From Eledone cirrhosa (Eukaryota): 64,000 nucleotides of DNA. The notes under the pieces are model-generated. The model searched no databases. It was not told where the DNA came from and saw nothing but the letters and a program-made list of their open reading frames with translations. Where the stretch lies: NCBI GenBank assembly GCA_964016885.1, contig OZ024741.1, positions 162,750,001 to 162,814,000 on the forward strand, written 5' to 3'. Below, one piece after another: positions 1 to 13,900 of this stretch (its first letter is position 1; every line of letters begins with the position of its first letter). A program made the translations under genes and the position numbers.

Positions 1-650
<650 letters not shown>

Positions 651-855
651 GAATTTGTTTAGCAAGATTCTTTATCTGAAATCGTGTGTTGAAACCGATA
701 TTGTTATACGTTGGGAGGGTCATGTTGCCAATAAGAAACACAAGCACCAGTTGCTTTCACTTCAATTTATTATATATTTATAAATTTACAAATTTATAAA
801 TTTATAAATCTCTGGTTGGTTGGTTGGTTCCACAACCAGATAGTTGTTTATATAT

Positions 856-900
856 AGTCATAGTCCTTTCGTCACACACTCTGTGACCTCTTCAGTGACT
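856..900 (-). ncRNA. Minimal hammerhead ribozyme in the PLE pseudo-LTR
   Basis: The minus strand reads agtca-CTGAAGA-G-gtcaca-gagtg-tgtgac-GAAA-ggac-TA-tgact. Confidence 0.8.
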
Positions 901-1159
901 GGGGATTCCTTTCTTTGTCTCCGTGCCTCTCCTTTGTTCTGTCCTACGCCATTTTGTTTCTGTTTGTCTCCGTGCCTCTCCTTTGTTCTGTCCTACGCCA
1001 TTTTGTTTCTGTGTGTGTGTTGTGTGCTCAGTTTGCGCATGCGCCACATCCGGGTGTCTGTGTGTGTTTATTTTCATTTATCTATTTGTTTATTTATTTA
1101 TTTACATGTTATTGGTTGGTTGTTTGTTCTATGTGTGTGTGTGTTTTTATTTTGTCCTT

Positions 1160-4100
1160 AATTGTAAGTTGTGATGTTGCTGTTCCACTCATATTTTCTA
1201 TTTAATTTTGGTTGTAATTCTTTATGTTTATTGCCTCTGTAATTTGTCTAAACATTGCATCTTTTCTGTGTGTAGATTCTATTTTTATTTCTATGTTCTC
1301 TAATTTACCCTTGTGTTCTATCTTAGCATGTTGGTAGAGTACAGATGATTCTTTATTATCTTGAAGGTCTCGCCAGTGTTCATTTATCCGTTCCCCTATA
1401 CTACGAGCTGTCTCACCTATGTACACTATATTTTTGTTTCTACATTGTCCTTCAGTACATCTTATGCTATACACTACATTTCTAGTTTTACAGTTAATAT
1501 GGGGGCTTATTTTACAGGTTATACATTTCTTATCTATACATGAGTGTCTTTGGAAAGGGTATGTCTTGCTAATAAGTGTTTTTACGGAGGTACCTGGTCT
1601 TTCTACTATCTTAATATTGAGTTTATGTTTATTTAGGGTCCTTCTAAATTTGTAGGCTAGTTCGCCTCTAGGGGTTGTATCGATGAACATTACACTCTGG
1701 TATTTATTGCTATCATACCATGAGTTTATTCTATTAGCCTTGTTCCTAGTTCTTTCTATTCTATTCCAAAATTTGCTCCTATACAAGGGGCAGGTCCCAT
1801 TTATGTCATTATTTACCATTTTTTCCCATTTGGTTCTGGCTCCTCTATACACTCTGATTCTATCTCTCTGATTGTAGCCAGAGAACTGAATACGGTGGAT
1901 GAAGTGTTGAATGTGTCTCTCTAGTTCTTCGGGGTTGCACATGCGGGACACATTTCTCATCACCCGTACCAAATCCGCAATCAGTATGTTGATTTTGGTA
2001 TGGTCCGAAATGGCCGAGTTTCGGTGGATCAGATGTTTGGAAGTCATGGGTTTGGCATAATGGGAATGGAGGATTTGTTTTTGGTTGTTAATGGTATCTA
2101 ACCAGAGCTCTGTGTCTAGTACAGGTAATCGATGGTTGGGGTGTCTACTTGGGTAGTCTATAGTAACTCTAATGCTCTGGTGGATGGAGTTTGCTATTTG
2201 CTGGATGCTTTCCATTGTGTTTTTCTCTAGTTCCTGACTGTTCTCTAGTGGGGGTGTCTTAACTACGATGTTTATATCATCTACGTAGCGGGAGTACATT
2301 ATCAGGGTTAAGCTGTCTTCTAATTGTTCTTTAAGTTTAAGTTTAAGTTTAAGTCTACTGTCCCACCATACCATGAATAAGTTAGCTATGTCGCCTGCAA
2401 TGCTAACACCAATGGCTGCTCCTTCCTCTTGGGCATATGTTTTTCCATTAAATTTGAACATATGTTCCTTAAGGGTTAGTTTTATGCTGGCCCCTACCGC
2501 ATGTGCAATCATTTTCTTCAGTTCATCGTGGTTTTCGTGTGTCCGTATGGCTCTGGTCCACCCGTTCCATCTATCTGTGTGGGTTTTCTTGGCCATTGAG
2601 GTAATGGTCGGTGGTCTGTCTCTTGCTGGTCTTGTAGGGCACAGGTTGCTAAGGTCATATGTGTCTAGGTAACTATTACTATAGGTAAGTTTAAGTAGGA
2701 GTCTCAACTCACTGGTATCAATCCCACGGAACTCAACCTTGCTCTCGCTGATTATTTCTACGCATTTCTCCACAGCAAAATCCACGTCAATAGATGGATA
2801 CAGGGACACAACATCCATACTGCCTATTATGCAGTTTCTTAGGTCCCCAGATCGGTTACTCACGCCGATTCTGCTGAGGAGGTCCTCGGTGCTGTCACAT
2901 ACATCTGGGGACATTTCAATGATGGGGCGTATGATCAGGGAGAGGAAGTAGGAAAGTCTGTAGTTACTAGCAATGTTAGCCCCACAGACTGGCCGTGTTG
3001 GTGTTCCCGCGACAGGGTCACAGCCCGTTTTATGGTCTTTTCGAAGCCCATACAACGCCGGCACGTCATTGTTCCAGGCCTGGAAGTTGTTGGCAGTCCT
3101 TTTGTTGGGCTGCATTATATTCGTCCACATCACCATATGGGCATTGAGGGCTTTTTCTCTATCCTCATGCTCCTGTGGTGTTACCTCTCTTGTGTTAGTG
3201 ATGTGGGGTTGCATTGCCTGGATGTAGTTTGGCAGGCTGTCAACCGACATTCTGCCAGACTTGTCTGTTGGAAAGCATGCTATCTCTCCATTACGTGAGC
3301 GCTGCATGAGCTTACGCAAGCCATTTGCAGATTTTTCTCCCAGTTGCTGGGCCTCCATTCTATTATGCTTCTTGCTATACTGTTCTATAATATTTCTAAG
3401 TTCGGATCTAGCTATACTAAATTTTGCTTCTGTTTGTTCATCGACCTGCGACGGCAGTTGCGTGCGTTTGTTAAATGGTAAAGTCGTGGCGTGGACTCGT
3501 CGCAGGTCGAATGATTTATCGGAGGGATTATAAAACGGAGAGTTCCAGGCTGCTGCTTTATGTGTGCTAGTGCTATTGTTATAGTTAGTTGTGTTGTTTC
3601 TATTTCTATTTCCTCCAACAGCCTCATGGTTGTTTCTATGTCTCTCATAATTACTCCTGTCTCTTTCCACTGGCTCATTGTTGTTATCTACCCTATTTTG
3701 TGTGTCTGTGTGTTCGTCTTGGTTATTCTCTTTGTCCTTAGTCTCCCTTCTCCTTTTAATCCTATTACTTTCCCTTATTTCTGTGATTTCTGTGCTACTG
3801 TCATTACTTGTTTTCTGTGTCTGTGTGTTTGTTAAGATTGTGGTGGTGGTGAGAGGCATTGAATGCGTGTGTGTTGTTGTTGTTGATGTGTGCTGTTGTT
3901 GATGTGTGTTGTTGTTGTCTCCGTGTGTGTTATTGTTGTTGTGTGTGTTGTTATTGTTGTTTGTGTCTTGTTGCTTTTGTTTTTGTTTTTGTTTTTGATG
4001 CTCCAGCGTAGTTTTGTAAATGATTTTTCTATTTCTGACAGACAACTAATCATATTTACCTTCTTGAATGTCGCAAATTTCGGGGGCAAACACAACACAG

Positions 4101-4587
4101 ACATTTCGTCATTATCTATTCTTGCGTTCCCATATATATTGGTGTTTTTGTTGTTGAACTCTTCTGTTAATGAGATGTCGGCCATGTTTATACCGTCGAT
4201 TTTGTCGGGATATCTATTGGTATTCTCTATAGTATCCTGATTTAGCTTTATCTGTTTAAGCCACTTTAGTTTCATGTTAAAGTGCTTATCACATTCTTGA
4301 GTAATGTACTGTTCTTCAGGGCGTATAAGGCTTATAAATATTAGTTTCTCTCTTGGTGTGGTGATCCTAGCTATTTCTTGTATTAGGTTACGCTTTTGTT
4401 TTTCTTGATGACTTAATTCTCTATAGATCTTCTTTTTTATGTCTAGAATTAATGTTCGTTTTAGCCTATCTGCTTGTTTTTTGGTGAGGTCGGTATTGAT
4501 GGTGTTGGTGTAGATTCTGGATGAGGCACACTGCTTTATGAAGTATAGTTGTCGAGATGTTATGGTTTTTCGTAGACAACAGAACAT
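1160..4587 (-). pseudogene. Disrupted PLE RT/GIY-YIG ORF of copy 1
   Basis: A ~49-bp deletion near 3968 relative to copy 2 shifts the frame. There is a second frameshift near 1205 and an (AAACTT)n expansion giving LKLKLK. Confidence 0.85.
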
Positions 4588-4606
4588 GGTGGTTTTCAGT
4601 ATCTTG

Positions 4607-5418
4607 TTAGCAAGACATACCCTTTCCAAAGACCCTCATGTATAGATAAGAAATGTATAACCTGTAAAATAAGCCCCCATATTAACTGTAAAACTAGAAA
4701 TGTAGTGTATAGCATAAGATGTACTGAAGGACAATGTAGAAACAAAAATATAGTGTACATAGGTGAGACAGCTCGTAGTATAGGGGAACGGATACATGAA
4801 CACTGGCGAGACCTTCAAGATAATAAAGAATCATCTGTACTCTACCAACATGCTAAGATAGAACACAAGGGTAAATTAGAGAACATAGAAATAAAAATAG
4901 AATCTACACACAGAAAAGATGCAATGTTTAGACAAATTACAGAGGCAATAAACATAAAAGAATTACAACCAACATTAAATAGAAAATATGAGTGGAACAG
5001 CAACATCACAACTTACAATTAAGGACAAAATGAAAACACACACACACATAGAACAAACAACCAACCAATAACATGTAAATAAATAAATAAATAAACAAAT
5101 AGATAAATGAACATAAACACACACAGACACCCGGATGTGGCGCATGCGCAAACTGAGCACACAACACACACACAGAAACAAAATGGCGTAGGACAGAACA
5201 AAGGAGAGGCACGGAGACAAAGAAAGGAATCCCCAGTCACTGAAGAGGTCACAGAGTGTGTGACGAAAGGACTATGACTATATATAAACAACTATCTGGT
5301 TGTGGAACCAGCCAACCAACCAGAAATTTATAAATTTATAAATATATAATAAATTGAAGTGAAAGCAACTGGGGCGTGTGTTTCTTATTGGCAACATGAC
5401 CCTCCCAAAGTATAACAA
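4607..5418 (+). mobile_element. Inverted 3' fragment of the PLE (GIY-YIG part + pseudo-LTR) fused to the 5' end of copy 1
   Basis: Begins ttagcaagacataccc, which is the sense sequence at ~17573. Includes ORF 4705-5022 (GIY-YIG) and an HHR at 5235-5279, and ends ...aagtataacaa(TA)n. Confidence 0.9.
5235..5279 (+). ncRNA. Minimal hammerhead ribozyme (PLE)
   Basis: agtca CTGAAGA G gtcaca gagtg tgtgac GAAA ggac TA tgact. Confidence 0.8.
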
Positions 5419-5527
<109 letters not shown>

Positions 5528-5678
5528 ATACTTTGGGAGGGTCATGTTGCCAATAAGAAACACACGCACCAGTTGCTTTCACTTCAATTTAATTTAATAT
5601 ATATTTATAAATTTACAAATTTATAAATTTCTGGTTGGTTGGTTGGTTCCACAACCAGATAGTTGTTTATATATATAT

Positions 5679-5723
5679 AGTCATAGTTCTTTCGTCACAC
5701 ACTCTGTGACCTCTTCAGTGACT
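5679..5723 (-). ncRNA. Minimal hammerhead ribozyme (PLE)
   Basis: As 856-900 but with GAAA-gaac-TA. Confidence 0.75.
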
Positions 5724-6020
5724 GGGGATTTCTTTCTTCGTTTCTGTGCCTTTCCTTTCTTCTATCCTACGCCATTTTGTTTGTGTGTGGGTTGCGTGCT
5801 CAGTTTGCGCATGCGCCACATCCGGGTGTCTGTGTGTGTTTGTGTTCATTTTTCTATTTTTCTATTTATATTTGTTTGTTTATTTATTTATTTATTGTTG
5901 GTTGGTTGTTTGTTCTATGTGTGTGTGTGTTTTCATTTTGTCTTGTGTGTGTTTTCATTTTGTGTGTGTTTTCAATTGTAAGTTGTTTGTTCTATGTGTG
6001 TGTGTGTTTTCATTTTGTCC

Positions 6021-9000
6021 TTAATTGTAAGTTGTGATGTTGCTGTTCCACTCATATTTTCTATTTAATTTTGGTTTTAATTCTTTTATGCTTACTGCCT
6101 CTGTAATTTGCCTAAACATTGCGTCTTTCTTGTGTGTGGATTCTATTTTTATTTCTATGCTCTCTAATTTACCCCTGTGTTCTATCTTAGCATGTTGGTA
6201 GAGCACAGATGATTCTTTACTATCTTGGAGGTCTCGCCAGTGTTCATTTATTCGTTCCCCTATACTACGAGCTGTCTCACCTATGTACACTATATTTTTG
6301 TTTCTACATTGTCCTTCAGTACATCTTATGCTATATACTACATTTCTAGTTTTACAGTTAATATGGGGGCTTATTTTACAGGTTATACATTTCTTATCTA
6401 TACATGAGGGTCTTTGGAACGGGTATGTCTTGCTAATAAGTGTTTTTACGGAGGTACCAGGTCTTTCTACTATCTTAATATTGAGATTATGTTTCTTTAG
6501 GGCCCTTCTAAATTTGTAGGCTAGTTCGCCTCTAGGGGTTGTATTGATGAACATTACACTCTGGTATTTATTGCTATCATACCATGAGTTTATTCTATTG
6601 GCCTTGTTCTTAGTTCTTTCTATTCTATTCCAAAATTTGCTCCTATACAAGGGGCAGGTCCCATTTATGTCATTATTTACCATTTTTTCCCATTTGGTTC
6701 TGGCTCCTTTATACACTCTGATTCTATCTCTCTGATTGTAGCCAGAGAACTGCATACGGTTCATGAAGTGTTGTATGTGTCTCTCTAGTTCTTCGGGGTT
6801 GCACATGCGGGACACATTTCTCATCACCCGTACCAAATCCGCAATCAGTATGTTGATTTTGGTATGGTCCGAAATGGCCGAGTTTCGGTGGATCAGATGT
6901 TTGGAAGTCATGGGTTTGGCATAATGGGAATGGAGGATTTGTTTTTGGTTGTTAATAGTATCTAACCAGAGCTCTGTGTCTAGTACAGGTAATCGATGGT
7001 TGGGGTGTCTACTTGGGTAGTCTATAGTAACTCTAATGCTCTGGTGGATGGAGTTTGCTATTTGCTGGATGCTTTCCATTGTGTTTTTCTCTGGTTCCTG
7101 ACTGTTCTTTAGTGGGGGTGTCTTAACTACGATGTTTATATCATCTACGTAGCGGGAGTACATTATCAGGGTTAAGCTGTCTTCTAATTGTTCATTAAGT
7201 TTTTGTTTAAGTCTACTGTCCCACCATACCATGAACAAGTTAGCTATGTCGCCTGCAATGCTAACACCAATGGCTGCTCCTTCCTCTTGGGCATATGTTT
7301 TACCATTAAATTTGAACATATGTTCCTTAAGGGTTAATTTTATGCTGGCCCCTACCGCATGTGCAATCATTTTCTTCAGTTCATCGTGGTTTTCGGGTGT
7401 CCGTATGGCTCTGGTCCACCCGTTCCATCTATCTGTGTGGGTTTTCTTGGCCATTGAGGTAATGGTAGGTGGTCTGCCTCTTGCTGGTCTTGTAGGGCAC
7501 AGGTTGCTAAGGTCATAAGTGTCTAGGTAACTATTACTATGGGTAAGCTTAAGTAGAAGTCCCAGCTCACTGGTATCAATCCCACGGAACTCAACCTTGC
7601 TCTCGCTGATCATTTCGACGCATTTCTCCACAGCAAAATCCACGTCAATAGATGGATACAGGGACACAACATCCATACTGCCTATTATGCAGTTTGTTAG
7701 GTCCCCAGATCGGTTACCCGCGCCGATTCTGCTGAGGAGGTCCTCCGTGCTGTCACACACATCTGGGGACATCTCAATGATGGGGCGTATGATCAGGGAG
7801 AGGAAGTAGGAAAGTCTGTAGTTACTAGCAATGTTAGCCCCACAGACTGGCCGTGTTGGTGTTCCCGCGACAGGGTCACAGCCCGTTTTATGGTCTTTTC
7901 GAAGCCCATACAACGCCGGCACGTCATTGTTCCAGGCCTGGAAGTTGTTGGCAGTCCTTTTGTTGGGCTGCATTATATTCGTCCACATCACCATATGGGC
8001 ATTGAGGGCTTTTTCTCTATCCTCATGCTCCTGTGGTGTTACCTCTCTTGTGTTAGTGATGTGGGGTTGCATTGCCTGGATGTAGTTTGGCAGGCTGTCA
8101 ACCGACATTCTGCCAGACTTGTCTGTTGGAAAGCATGCTATCTCTCCATTACGTGAGCGCTGCATGAGCTTACGCAAGCCATTTGCAGATTTTTCTCCCA
8201 GTTGCTGGGCCTCCATTCTATTATGCTTCTTGCTATACTGTTCTATAATATTTCTAAGTTCGGATCTAGCTATACTAAATTTTGCTTCTGTTTGTTCATC
8301 GACCTGCGACGGCAGTTGCGTGCGTTTGTTAAATGGTAAAGTCGTGGCGTGGACTCGTCGCAGGTCGAATGATTTATCGGAGGGATTATAAAACGGAGAG
8401 TTCCAGGCTGCTGCTTTATGTGTGCTAGTGCTATTGTTATAGTTAGTTGTGTTGTTTCTATTTCTATTTCCTCCAACAGCCTCATGGTTGTTTCTATGTC
8501 TCTCATAATTACTCCTGTCTCTTTCCACTGGCTCATTGTTGTTATCTACCCTATTTTGTGTGTCTGTGTGTTCGTCTTGGTTATTCTCTTTGTCCTTAGT
8601 CTCCCTTCTCCTTTTAATCCTATTACTTTCCCTTATTTCTGTGATTTCTGTGCTACTGTCATTACTTGTTTTCTGTGTCTGTGTGTTTGTTAAGATTGTG
8701 GTGGTGGTGAGAGGCATTGAATGCGTGTGTGTTGTTGTTGTTGATGTGTGCTGTTGTTGATGTGTGTTGTTGTTGTCTCCGTGTGTGTTATTGTTGTTGT
8801 GTGTGTTGTTATTGTTGTTTGTGTCTGCGTGTCTGTTGTTGTTGGGATGTGTGTTGTATATGTGTGTGCGTATATTGTTGCTTTTGTTTTTGTTTTTGTT
8901 TTTGATGCTCCAGCGTAGTTTTGTAAATGATTTTTCTATTTCTGACAGACAACTAATCATATTTACCTTCTTGAATGTCGCAAATTTCGGGGGCAAACAC

Positions 9001-9494
9001 AACACAGACATTTCGTCATTATCTATTCTTGCGTTCCCATATATATTGGTGTTTTTGTTGTTGAACTCTTCTGTTAATGAGATGTCGGCCATGTTTATAC
9101 CGTCGATTTTGTCGGGATATCTATTGGTATTCTCTATAGTATCCTGATTTAGCTTTATCTGTTTAAGCCACTTTAGTTTCATGTTAAAGTGCTTATCACA
9201 TTCTTGAGTAATGTACTGTTCTTCAGGGCGTATAAGGCTTATAAATATTAGTTTCTCTCTTGGTGTGGTGATCCTAGCTATTTCTTGTATTAGGTTACGC
9301 TTTTGTTTTTCTTGATGACTTAATTCTCTATAGATCTTCTTTTTTATGTCTAGAATTAATGTTCGTTTTAGCCTATCTGCTTGTTTTTTGGTGAGGTCGG
9401 TATTGATGGTGTTGGTGTAGATTCTGGATGAGGCACACTGCTTTATGAAGTATAGTTGTCGAGATGTTATGGTTTTTCGTAGACAACAGAACAT
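6021..9494 (-). CDS. PLE polyprotein: N-terminal domain, Asn/Thr/His low-complexity tract, reverse transcriptase, Cys linker, GIY-YIG endonuclease (~1157 aa from accaccATG)
   Basis: ORF 6021-9536 with RYVDD and YIGET motifs. The first residues of the track ORF come from the inversion junction, so the first element-derived ATG (9494) is used. Confidence 0.85.
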   Translation of the reverse strand: MFCCLRKTITSRQLYFIKQCASSRIYTNTINTDLTKKQADRLKRTLILDIKKKIYRELSHQEKQKRNLIQEIARITTPREKLIFISLIRPEEQYITQECDKHFNMKLKWLKQIKLNQDTIENTNRYPDKIDGINMADISLTEEFNNKNTNIYGNARIDNDEMSVLCLPPKFATFKKVNMISCLSEIEKSFTKLRWSIKNKNKNKSNNIRTHIYNTHPNNNRHADTNNNNNTHNNNNTHGDNNNTHQQQHTSTTTTHTHSMPLTTTTILTNTQTQKTSNDSSTEITEIRESNRIKRRRETKDKENNQDEHTDTQNRVDNNNEPVERDRSNYERHRNNHEAVGGNRNRNNTTNYNNSTSTHKAAAWNSPFYNPSDKSFDLRRVHATTLPFNKRTQLPSQVDEQTEAKFSIARSELRNIIEQYSKKHNRMEAQQLGEKSANGLRKLMQRSRNGEIACFPTDKSGRMSVDSLPNYIQAMQPHITNTREVTPQEHEDREKALNAHMVMWTNIMQPNKRTANNFQAWNNDVPALYGLRKDHKTGCDPVAGTPTRPVCGANIASNYRLSYFLSLIIRPIIEMSPDVCDSTEDLLSRIGAGNRSGDLTNCIIGSMDVVSLYPSIDVDFAVEKCVEMISESKVEFRGIDTSELGLLLKLTHSNSYLDTYDLSNLCPTRPARGRPPTITSMAKKTHTDRWNGWTRAIRTPENHDELKKMIAHAVGASIKLTLKEHMFKFNGKTYAQEEGAAIGVSIAGDIANLFMVWWDSRLKQKLNEQLEDSLTLIMYSRYVDDINIVVKTPPLKNSQEPEKNTMESIQQIANSIHQSIRVTIDYPSRHPNHRLPVLDTELWLDTINNQKQILHSHYAKPMTSKHLIHRNSAISDHTKINILIADLVRVMRNVSRMCNPEELERHIQHFMNRMQFSGYNQRDRIRVYKGARTKWEKMVNNDINGTCPLYRSKFWNRIERTKNKANRINSWYDSNKYQSVMFINTTPRGELAYKFRRALKKHNLNIKIVERPGTSVKTLISKTYPFQRPSCIDKKCITCKISPHINCKTRNVVYSIRCTEGQCRNKNIVYIGETARSIGERINEHWRDLQDSKESSVLYQHAKIEHRGKLESIEIKIESTHKKDAMFRQITEAVSIKELKPKLNRKYEWNSNITTYN

Positions 9495-9513
9495 GGTGGT
9501 TTTCAGTATCTTG

Positions 9514-10325
9514 TTAGCAAGACATACCCTTTCCAAAGACCCTCATGTATAGATAAGAAATGTATAACCTGTAAAATAAGCCCCCATATTAACTGTAAAA
9601 CTAGAAATGTAGTGTATAGCATAAGATGTACTGAAGGACAATGTAGAAACAAAAATATAGTGTACATAGGTGAGACAGCTCGTAGTATAGGGGAACGGAT
9701 ACATGAACACTGGCGAGACCTTCAAGATAATAAAGAATAATCTTTACTCTACCAACATGCTAAGATAGAACACAAGGGTAAATTAGAGAACATAGAAATA
9801 AAAATAGAATCTACACACAGAAAAGATGCAATGTTTAGACAAATTACAGAGGCAATAAACATAAAAGAATTACAACCAACATTAAATAGAAAATATGAGT
9901 GGAACAGCAACATCACAACTTACAATTAAGGACAAAATGAAAACACACACACACATAGAACAAACAACCAACCAATAACATGTAAATAAATAAATAAATA
10001 AACAAATAGATAAATGAACATAAACACACACAGACACCCGGATGTGGCGCATGCGCAAACTGAGCACACAACACACACACAGAAACAAAATGGCGTAGGA
10101 CAGAACAAAGGAGAGGCACGGAGACAAAGAAAGGAATCCCCAGTCACTGAAGAGGTCACAGAGTGTGTGACGAAAGGACTATGACTATATATAAACAACT
10201 ATCTGGTTGTGGAACCAGCCAACCAACCAGAAATTTATAAATTTATAAATATATAATAAATTGAAGTGAAAGCAACTGGGGCGTGTGTTTCTTATTGGCA
10301 ACATGACCCTCCCAAAGTATAACAA
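9514..10325 (+). mobile_element. Second copy of the inverted PLE 3' fragment
   Basis: Near-identical to 4607-5418 (offset 4907) with the same junction. It has a nonsense change near 9738 and an HHR at 10142-10186. Confidence 0.9.
10142..10186 (+). ncRNA. Minimal hammerhead ribozyme (PLE)
   Basis: Identical to 5235-5279. Confidence 0.8.
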
Positions 10326-10345
10326 TATATATATATATATATGTA

Positions 10346-10436
<91 letters not shown>

Positions 10437-10587
10437 ATACTTTGGGAGGGTCATGTTGCCAATAAGAAACACACGCACCAGTTGCTTTCACTTCAATTTA
10501 ATTTAATATATATTTATAAATTTACAAATTTATAAATTTCTGGTTGGTTGGTTGGTTCCACAACCAGATAGTTGTTTATATATATAT

Positions 10588-10632
10588 AGTCATAGTTCTT
10601 TCGTCACACACTCTGTGACCTCTTCAGTGACT
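10588..10632 (-). ncRNA. Minimal hammerhead ribozyme (PLE)
   Basis: Same as 5679-5723. Confidence 0.75.
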
Positions 10633-10927
10633 GGGGATTTCTTTCTTCGTTTCTGTGCCTTTCATTTCTTCTATCCTACGCCATTTTGTTTGTGTGTGGG
10701 TTGCGTGCTCAGTTTGCGCATGCGCCACATCCGGGTGTCTGTGTGTGTTTGTGTTCATTTTTCTATTTTTCTATTTATATTTGTTTGTTTATTTATTTAT
10801 TTATTGTTGGTTGGTTGTTTGTTCTATGTGTGTGTGTTTTCATTTTGTCTTGTGTGTGTTTTCATTTTGTGTGTGTTTTCAATTGTAAGTTGTTTGTTCT
10901 ATGTGTGTGTGTGTTTTCATTTTGTCC

Positions 10928-13900
10928 TTAATTGTAAGTTGTGATGTTGCTGTTCCACTCATATTTTCTATTTAATTTTGGTTTTAATTCTTTTATGCTT
11001 ACTGCCTCTGTAATTTGCCTAAACATTGCGTCTTTCTTGTGTGTGGATTCTATTTTTATTTCTATGCTCTCTAATTTACCCCTGTGTTCTATCTTAGCAT
11101 GTTGGTAGAGCACAGATGATTCTTTACTATCTTGGAGGTCTCGCCAGTGTTCATTTATTCGTTCCCCTATACTACGAGCTGTCTCACCTATGTACACTAT
11201 ATTTTTGTTTCTACATTGTCCTTCAGTACATCTTATGCTATATACTACATTTCTAGTTTTACAGTTAATATGGGGGCTTATTTTACAGGTTATACATTTC
11301 TTATCTATACATGAGGGTCTTTGGAACGGGTATGTCTTTCTAATAAGTGTTTTTACGAAGGTACCAGGTCTTTCTACTATCTTAATATTGAGATTATGTT
11401 TCTTTAGGGCCCTTCTAAATTTGTAGGCTAGTTCGCCTCTAGGGGTTGTATTGATGAACATTACACTCTGGTATTTATTGCTATCATACCATGAGTTTAT
11501 TCTATTGGCCTTGTTCTTAGTTCTTTCTATTCTATTCCAAAATTTGCTCCTATACAAGGGGCAGGTCCCATTTATGTCATTATTTACCATTTTTTCCCAT
11601 TTGGTTCTGGCTCCTTTATACACTATGATTCTATCTCTCTGATTGTAGCCAGAGAACTGCATACGGTTCATGAAGTGTTGTATGTGTCTCTCTAGTTCTT
11701 CGGGGTTGCACATGCGGGACACATTTCTCATCACCCGTACCAAATCCGCAATCAGTATGTTGATTTTGGTATGGTCCGAAATGGCCGAGTTTCGGTGGAT
11801 CAGATGTTTGGAAGTCATGGGTTTGGCATAATGGGAATGGAGGATTTGTTTTTGGTTGTTAATAGTATCTAACCAGAGCTCTGTGTCTAGTACAGGTAAT
11901 CGATGGTTGGGGTGTCTACTTGGGTAGTCTATAGTAACTCTAATGCTCTGGTGGATGGAGTTTGCTATTTGCTGGATGCTTTCCATTGTGTTTTTCTCTG
12001 GTTCCTGACTGTTCTTTAGTGGGGGTGTCTTAACTACGATGTTTATATCATCTACGTAGCGGGAGTACATTATCAGGGTTAAGCTGTCTTCTAATTGTTC
12101 ATTAAGTTTTTGTTTAAGTCTACTGTCCCACCATACCATGAACAAGTTAGCTATGTCGCCTGCAATGCTAACACCAATGGCTGCTCCTTCCTCTTGGGCA
12201 TATGTTTTACCATTAAATTTGAACATATGTTCCTTAAGGGTTAATTTTATGCTGGCCCCTACCGCATGTGCAATCATTTTCTTCAGTTCATCGTGGTTTT
12301 CGGGTGTCCGTATGGCTCTGGTCCACCCGTTCCATCTATCTGTGTGGGTTTTCTTGGCCATTGAGGTAATGGTAGGTGGTCTGCCTCTTGCTGGTCTTGT
12401 AGGGCACAGGTTGCTAAGGTCATAAGTGTCTAGGTAACTATTACTATGGGTAAGCTTAAGTAGAAGTCCCAGCTCACTGGTATCAATCCCACGGAACTCA
12501 ACCTTGCTCTCGCTGATCATTTCGACGCATTTCTCCACAGCAAAATCCACGTCAATAGATGGATACAGGGACACAACATCCATACTGCCTATTATGCAGT
12601 TTGTTAGGTCCCCAGATCGGTTACCCGCGCCGATTCTGCTGAGGAGGTCCTCCGTGCTGTCACACACATCTGGGGACATCTCAATGATGGGGCGTATGAT
12701 CAGGGAGAGGAAGTAGAACAGTCTGTAGTTACTAGCAATGTTAGCCCCACAGACTGGCCGTGTTGGTGGTCCCGCGACAGGGTCCCAGCCCGTTTTATGG
12801 TCTTTTCGAAGCCCATACAACGCCGGCACGTCATTGTTCCAGGCCTGGAAGTTGTTGGCAGTCCTTTTGTTGGGCTGCATTATATTTGTCCACATCACCA
12901 TATGGGCATTGAGGGTTTTTTCTCTATCCTCATGCTCCTGTGGTGTTACCTCTCTTGTGTTAGTGATGTGGGGTTGCATTGCCTGGATGTAGTTTGGCAG
13001 GCTGTCAACCGACATTCTGCCAGACTTGTCTGTTGGAAAGCATGCTATCTCTCCATTACGCGAGCGCTGCATGAGCTTACGCAAGCCATTTGCAGATTCT
13101 TCTCCCTGTTGCTGGGCCTCTATTCTATTATGCTTCTTGCTATACTGTTCTATAATATTTCTAAGTTCGGATTTAGCTATACTAAATTGTGCTTCTGTTT
13201 GTTCATCGACCTGCGACGGCAACTGCGTGCGTTTGTTAAATGGCAAAGTCGTGGCGTGGACTCGTCGTAGGTCGAATGATTTATCGGAGGGATTATAAAA
13301 CGGAGAGTTCCAGGCTGCTGCTTTATGTGTACTAGTGCTATTGTTAGTTGTGTTGTTTCTATTTCCACCAACAGCAGCAGCCTCAGCTTCATGGTTGTTT
13401 CTATGTCTCTCATAATTACTCCTGTCTCTTTCCACTGGCTCAATGTTGTTATCTACCCTATTTTGTGTGTCTGTGTGTTCGTCTTGGTTATTCTCTTTGT
13501 CCTTAGTCTCCCTACTCCTTTTAATCCTATTACTTTCTCTTATTTCTCTGATTTCTGTGCTACTGTCATTACTTGTTTTCTGTGTCTGTGTGTTTGTTAA
13601 GATTGTAGTGGTGGTGAGAGGCATTGAATGTGTGTGTGTTGTTGTTGTTGATGTGTGTTGTTGTTGATGTGTGTTGTTGTCTCCGTGTGTGTGTGTGTTA
13701 TCGTTGTTGTGTGTGTTGTTATTGTTGTTTGTGTTTGCGTGTCTGTTGTTGTTGTATCTGGGTATGTTGCTGTTGTTGTTTTTGTTGATGTGTGTGTTGT
13801 TGTTATTGTTGTCTCCGTGTGTGTTGTTATTGTTGTTTGTGTCTGCATGTCTGTTGTATCTGGGTATGTTGCTATTGTTGGTGTTGTATCTGGGTATGTT

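Noticed and set aside
6225-9147. Many antisense 60-160 aa ORFs repeated in each PLE copy
   Set aside because: These are shadow ORFs of the RT frame. They recur only because the element is repeated.
9495-9536. N-termini MERVC... (also 4629) and MLITL... (14287) of the PLE ORFs
   Set aside because: The start codons come from antisense sequence of the adjacent inverted fragment at the junctions.
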